This document shows positions 6,219-10,701 of a stretch of 10,701 bases of DNA, piece after piece. Where the stretch lies: positions 1-10,701 of the forward strand of contig JAYEMF010000109.1 in assembly GCA_034717975.1 (NCBI GenBank). The letters run 5' to 3'. Made by a program: the position numbers and the translations under genes. Source of the DNA: Campylobacterota bacterium. GTDB taxonomy: Bacteria; Campylobacterota; Campylobacteria; Campylobacterales; Sulfurimonadaceae. The notes under the pieces were generated by a model that saw only the letters and a program-made list of their open reading frames with translations, was not told the DNA's origin and did not search any database. Positions within the stretch are counted from its first letter, which is position 1. Every line of letters begins with the position of its first letter.

Positions 6219-6570
6219 GGACACCTCTAAAAACCCTGTATATCATCAGAGGGCAAAGAAGGTGTAAGATTTTGTTCTAAGGTTTTGCAGGACTACCCGT
6301 AGGTAAATGTGCGAAGCCTGCCCTTGGGTGCAAGAGATTTTAGGACGGAAGCTTGCGCCTTATTTGCCCTCCCCAAGGGCGTCACACACATTAAGCAACT
6401 TTACTCGATGAAAATATGCCACTGGCATATTTCTCATTCGAGATATCGTTAGAACCTTGCAACCGTAACCAGTTACGCTAGCAAGAACCTGCCTTGCACC
6501 CAAGGGCAGGCTTCGCACATCACAAAGTCGTATGCAACGCTGATGATACACAGGGTTTTTAGAGGTGTCC
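6219..6570. mobile_element. 352-bp non-autonomous MITE, family A, copy 1 (complete)
   Basis: 31-bp TIRs GGACACCTCTAAAAACCCTGT(A/G)TATCATCAG at 6219-6249 and 6540-6570 differ by 1 mismatch. TTAA flanks both sides (6215-6218, 6571-6574). No transposase is present and a second copy starts at 10501. Confidence 0.92.
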
Positions 6571-6620
6571 TTAAATAAATTTGTTATTTTTATTTCAGTT
6601 TTATTGTGCAGAATGAGTCA

Positions 6621-6629
6621 TGATATACT
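6621..6629 (+). promoter_or_regulatory. Extended -10 promoter of the ankyrin gene
   Basis: TGaTATACT followed by RBS AAGGA (6641-6645) and ATG at 6651. Confidence 0.6.
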
Positions 6630-6650
6630 TCCGAGAAGAAAAGGATATGT

Positions 6651-7121
6651 ATGACAAAGTGGATCACTCTATTGCAAAATAACGATTATATAGGTGTCAA
6701 GCAACACATTAAAGAGGGTGCTGACATCAATGATCATAATGAAAACGATGAGTCTGTTCTTGCTCTGGCTATTAAATATAAATGTGATGACGAGTTGATC
6801 GATCTATTGATTGACAATGGGGCAGATCTGGAAGACTTTGACAATGAGGGTGTCAGTATTTTTGATTATGCCATCACTTACAATAATATCCCGCTTGTCC
6901 AAAAGATGATTGCTGATGGTACTGATGTCAATCAGACGAGTCGCAGAAGCAGGTTTACACCGTTAATGGCTGCTGTCTGTTATGGAAGAGTGGAGCTTGT
7001 TTCGATTCTTTTAGCCAATGGAGCGGACAAAAATGCCATGGATGCCCAAGGGTTTACGGCGGTCAGCTTTGCAGAAAAAATGCGTAAACAATCTATGCTC
7101 AAGATGCTTGATAGTAATTAA
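6651..7121 (+). CDS. Ankyrin repeat protein (about 4 repeats)
   Basis: Repeated GADIN/GADLE/GTDVN/GADKN turns, TPLMAAVCYGRVELVSILLANGAD and D..G.TA...A. Confidence 0.92.
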   Translation: MTKWITLLQNNDYIGVKQHIKEGADINDHNENDESVLALAIKYKCDDELIDLLIDNGADLEDFDNEGVSIFDYAITYNNIPLVQKMIADGTDVNQTSRRSRFTPLMAAVCYGRVELVSILLANGADKNAMDAQGFTAVSFAEKMRKQSMLKMLDSN

Positions 7122-7139
7122 TATTAATCGGTGGCTATT

Positions 7140-7328
7140 TTAAAAAAACTTCCCCTGTCCCTCGCTGTCAAGGGGTTTCTTCTTCTCTTTAGCCAACCAG
7201 TCCTGCAGCAGTCTTTCGACAACTTTACTTAAACTCATTTTATATCTTCCCCGCGAATATTTCATCGCATCATCCCACGTTTGCCGATCGATCAGCAGGC
7301 TGCGGGTGACTTCGTCTTTCGGTTTCAA
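7140..7328 (-). CDS. Small probable ribbon-helix-helix DNA-binding protein, 62 aa
   Basis: TTG start with GAGGG RBS. The pattern fits RHH: strand (VTRSLLID), helix (RQTWDDAMKYS), turn, helix (MSLSKVVERLLQDWL). Confidence 0.65.
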   Translation of the reverse strand: MKPKDEVTRSLLIDRQTWDDAMKYSRGRYKMSLSKVVERLLQDWLAKEKKKPLDSEGQGKFF

Positions 7329-7353
7329 ATTTGATGCCCTCTTAGTATATAAT

Positions 7354-7367
7354 TTACTATATAGTAA
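7354..7367. promoter_or_regulatory. Perfect 14-bp palindrome, candidate operator
   Basis: TTACTATATAGTAA lies 25 bp upstream of the RHH gene start and overlaps a minus-strand TATAGT -10-like hexamer. Confidence 0.45.
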
Positions 7368-7477
7368 TAATTTTTATCTTTAGACTCTCTGAATTAAATA
7401 GGTGCCAGAATTTTAAGCGTGACTTTTTAGACAATATTATGAAAATAGTGTAAAATACATCTCATCGAGGGATAAGT

Positions 7478-8737
7478 ATGAATCAATATATTGGACGTCA
7501 ACCTATTTTAAAACATGAAGGAGGGATCTTTGCCTACGATCTCTTCTATCGGGATGACACTGCCTCCAGCGATATAAGCAATGGACGACAGGCAACAGCT
7601 ACTGTTATCATGAGCGTTCTCAATAAGTTTGGTACAAAAGAGCTGTTAGGCGGATACCCGGCGTTTGTCAAGGTTGATCGCTCTTTTTTAATGCATGACC
7701 TGATCTGGTCTATACCAAAAGAGTTTTTTGTTCTATCTCTACTCGATGATATTGATATAGATGAACGTGTCATAGAGAGAGTAGAGCAGATGCACCTGAA
7801 GGGTTTTCAGTTCGCTGTTAATGATATTGCCTTATCACAAGAGAGCCTGAACAAATTTAAACCGATCCTTGACTATGTCAGTTTTTGTAAAATCAGTATT
7901 ATGACATCAGATCCGGATTTTATGGAAGAGGGGATTGCCTATCTTAAAGACTTTCCGCTTCAGCTTATCGCAACAAAAGTTGAAACGAGAGAGCAGAATG
8001 ATCAATTCCATACATTAGGCATCGACCTGTTTCAGGGATACTACTTCGCCAAACCCAACATCCTGGAAAATAAAAAGTATGACCCGAATCAGATGAGTGT
8101 AATACGTCTGTGTAATATGATGATGTCAGAGGTCGGTATCGATGAGATCACCTCCGCTTTTGAAGAGAACCATGCGTTGACACTGCAGCTTCTGCAATTC
8201 ATTAATTCTGCTGCGTTTCATTTCCGAAAAAAAATCGCTTCTATACACCATATTTTAACCCTGATGGGCCGCAATCCGCTAACCCAGTGGCTTTTGCTGA
8301 TGGTCTATTCGAAATCAGTTTCCAAAAACGGTGATGAAAACTCCCCGTTACTTTTAATGGTCAAAAGTCGTACAGAGTTAATGACAGGTCTGTTAAAACT
8401 CGTACAGCCGGGAGCAGGCACTAATCTAATAGGAGAAGCGTATTTTGTTGCTGTCCTATCGCTGATGGACACCCTCTTCTCTGTGAAACTTGAAAAAATA
8501 CTTGAGGACCTGAATGTGGCTGAAGGTGTTAAAGATGCCCTGTTACATAACAGAGGGGTGCTTGGTGAAATTTATGTGCTTGTCAGTTCGATTGAGCATT
8601 TTGAGACATCAGATATCGATCTGTTTGTGCAGAAATACCATTTGAACCGATCGGATGTAGAAAAACTGCTGATTGGTGCTATTGAGAATGTCAATATGTT
8701 TGAGGATTCACTGAAGAGTGAACAGCAGATTATTTAG
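7478..8737 (+). CDS. EAL + HDOD domain protein (YuxH/PdeH-like architecture), EAL apparently degenerate
   Basis: RQPIL...AYDLFYR, KVET and FQGYYFAKP mark the EAL domain. LTLQLLQFINSA...IASIHHILTLMG and LSLMDTL mark HDOD. -10 TAAAAT at 7451-7456 and RBS GAGGGA. Confidence 0.9.
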   Translation: MNQYIGRQPILKHEGGIFAYDLFYRDDTASSDISNGRQATATVIMSVLNKFGTKELLGGYPAFVKVDRSFLMHDLIWSIPKEFFVLSLLDDIDIDERVIERVEQMHLKGFQFAVNDIALSQESLNKFKPILDYVSFCKISIMTSDPDFMEEGIAYLKDFPLQLIATKVETREQNDQFHTLGIDLFQGYYFAKPNILENKKYDPNQMSVIRLCNMMMSEVGIDEITSAFEENHALTLQLLQFINSAAFHFRKKIASIHHILTLMGRNPLTQWLLLMVYSKSVSKNGDENSPLLLMVKSRTELMTGLLKLVQPGAGTNLIGEAYFVAVLSLMDTLFSVKLEKILEDLNVAEGVKDALLHNRGVLGEIYVLVSSIEHFETSDIDLFVQKYHLNRSDVEKLLIGAIENVNMFEDSLKSEQQII

Positions 8738-8746
8738 GAGCAGGGG

Positions 8747-8953
8747 ATGAGTACAGCATGGACATGTTCGCATCAGGTTGGCGATGTTTGTGTGTTACTC
8801 AGTAAACCATGCAATCCGGGCGACAAGGGGTGTACACTTTATGGTAAAGCCGTTTTTTCTGATGCTCAAACTCCCTCAAACAGTGCTGTAGAACGACGTG
8901 AGAACAAGCGTATAGCTCAGGCTCGTGAAGATGAAAGAAGAGGGCGTCGTTAA
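8747..8953 (+). CDS. Small Cys4 protein, hypothetical
   Basis: RBS AGGAG at 8736-8740, with the ATG 9 bp after the upstream stop. Motif WxCxH-x5-C-x6-CxPGxKGCxLxG followed by a charged helical tail. The stop overlaps the convergent gene's stop (TTAA 8950-8953). Confidence 0.8.
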   Translation: MSTAWTCSHQVGDVCVLLSKPCNPGDKGCTLYGKAVFSDAQTPSNSAVERRENKRIAQAREDERRGRR

Positions 8954-9699
8954 CGCTCGTTTAAAAGACGATACCCAATCTCTTCTTCTTTCAGAAAACT
9001 TTTGACCTTTTCAAACCAATGATTTAGAATGCTCTCATCTTTTGAAGCGAGTGAGAGTTCAACACTGGGTACGCCATCTCTGATCATAGGAAGCGACGAG
9101 AGCTCTATGCCTTCAGGAAGCTCTTCCATCAGTGAGATCAGCGTGTTTTCGCCTGTATCTGCCTTAAGCGTTCTTCGGTGCTTCAGCGCCTGTTTGGGGA
9201 AGAACCGATCCAGTGCCTCTTCAATCATTGTATGTGCCATCTCAGGAAAGCCCGGAACAAAAAAGTAGCGTTCATCCAGATAGAAGCCGGACATATTGTT
9301 AACAGGATTCTTCAACAGTTTCGAACCCTTTGGAAGATCGGCCATATGGATACGATGAGGGTAGGCTTCGCCGCCGAAGCGATCAATAATATCCTGCTCA
9401 AACTGCTCATGCCTTCTCGCCTTTTCAGCTGTAAAGACCTGTGAAGCTATTTCCCGTGTTAAATCATCCGGTGTTGAACCGATGCCGCCAAAGCTGAACA
9501 GCACAGCGTCTTTGTCCTCCCGCACAGTAGCGAAGGTCTTCTCAATCAGCGATGCATCATCTTTGATGGTCAGTGAGGCAAACAGTTCATAACCACGCTG
9601 TGCCAATGCCGTACGGACAAAAGCAAAGTGCTTGTCTTGACGGCGGCCGTTCAAGATCTCAGTTCCGATAATAACAGCGTAAAAGTGCGGGTTTTTCAT
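8950..9699 (-). CDS. Molybdopterin-binding-domain / CinA N-terminal-like protein (COG1058, predicted nucleotide pyrophosphatase)
   Basis: Motifs IIGTEILNGRRQDKH, SFGGIGSTPDDLTR, MADLP.G..L..NP and PGFPEMA. There is no C-terminal PncC domain. Confidence 0.88.
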   Translation of the reverse strand: MKNPHFYAVIIGTEILNGRRQDKHFAFVRTALAQRGYELFASLTIKDDASLIEKTFATVREDKDAVLFSFGGIGSTPDDLTREIASQVFTAEKARRHEQFEQDIIDRFGGEAYPHRIHMADLPKGSKLLKNPVNNMSGFYLDERYFFVPGFPEMAHTMIEEALDRFFPKQALKHRRTLKADTGENTLISLMEELPEGIELSSLPMIRDGVPSVELSLASKDESILNHWFEKVKSFLKEEEIGYRLLNER

Positions 9700-9719
9700 G
9701 GCTTTGCTTTGTGATTCAG

Positions 9720-9745
9720 GATGTCAAAGTGGAGGCTTCGACATC
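9720..9745 (-). other. Intercistronic stem-loop between adk and the COG1058 gene
   Basis: Minus strand GATGTCGAAG-cctcca-CTTTGACATC gives 10 bp including one G-U, with no U-tract. Confidence 0.45.
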
Positions 9746-9752
9746 TCAATGT

Positions 9753-10415
<663 letters not shown>

Positions 10416-10426
10416 TTAATAACAAA

Positions 10427-10482
10427 ATTATATTCAAATAGAGCTCAGGCAATGGTTAATATACCTGTTATAACGATATAAT
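10427..10482. promoter_or_regulatory. Divergent -10 boxes
   Basis: TATAAT on the minus strand at 10432-10427 (for adk) and TATAAT on the plus strand at 10477-10482 (facing MITE copy 2). Confidence 0.55.
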
Positions 10483-10500
10483 ACGCGTATAAAAAATTAA

Positions 10501-10701
10501 GGGCACCTCTAAAAACCCTGGATATCATCAGCGTTACATACATTTTCGTGATGTGCGAAGCCTGCTCTTGAGTGCAAGGCAGGTTCTTGTCAGCGTAGCA
10601 GGGCTACGGTGGCAAGGTTCTAACGCAGACTCACGGACATGTATGTAACGCCCTTCGGGAGGGCAAATAAGGCACAATCTTCCGTCCTAAAATCTCTTGA
10701 A
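10501..10701. mobile_element. MITE family A, copy 2 (inverted relative to copy 1, truncated by window end)
   Basis: TTAA at 10497-10500 is followed by the TIR GGGCACCTCTAAAAACCCTGGATATCATCAG. By hand alignment, 10501-10625 matches the reverse complement of 6447-6570 at about 108/125, and 10639-10701 matches that of 6329-6391 at 57/63. Confidence 0.92.

Noticed and set aside
6360..6551. 63-aa ORF inside the MITE
   Set aside because: It has no RBS or transposase motif, its start codon is changed in copy 2, and the frame is broken there by a 1-nt indel.
7546..7773. 75-aa minus-strand ORF
   Set aside because: Antisense shadow of the EAL-HDOD gene.

Overview
This is a chromosomal window from a Campylobacterota (epsilonproteobacterial) organism. 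The inference rests on the Helicobacter/Campylobacter-type long DapD, the SH3-NlpC/P60 lipoprotein and TGn-TATAAT-type promoters; a free-living Sulfurimonas/Sulfurovum-like lineage is a guess. Gene order: trmL(+), an unlisted 56-aa membrane microprotein(+), DUF4382-like lipoprotein(+), an unlisted 27-aa amphipathic micropeptide(-), CI/LexA-like S24 repressor(+), NlpC/P60 lipoprotein(+), small flagellar rod-like protein(-), dapD(-), ankyrin-repeat protein(+), small RHH-like regulator(-), degenerate EAL-HDOD protein(+), Cys4 microprotein(+), CinA-N/COG1058 protein(-), adk(-). The intergenic DNA is the most interesting part. (1) A 352-bp TTAA-flanked MITE (6219-6570) has a second, inverted and truncated copy (10501-10701). 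Each half can fold into a long hairpin, G-U pairs favour opposite strands for the two halves, and the copies show compensatory changes. (2) A second dispersed structured repeat has three copies (1-80, 2143-2192, 6050-6170); one sits inside a 131-bp TIR-bounded element inserted at the repressor's -10 box. (3) A prophage-free, switch-like module combines an autocleavable repressor, a palindromic operator array and a divergent amphipathic micropeptide. All alignments and folds were done by eye.
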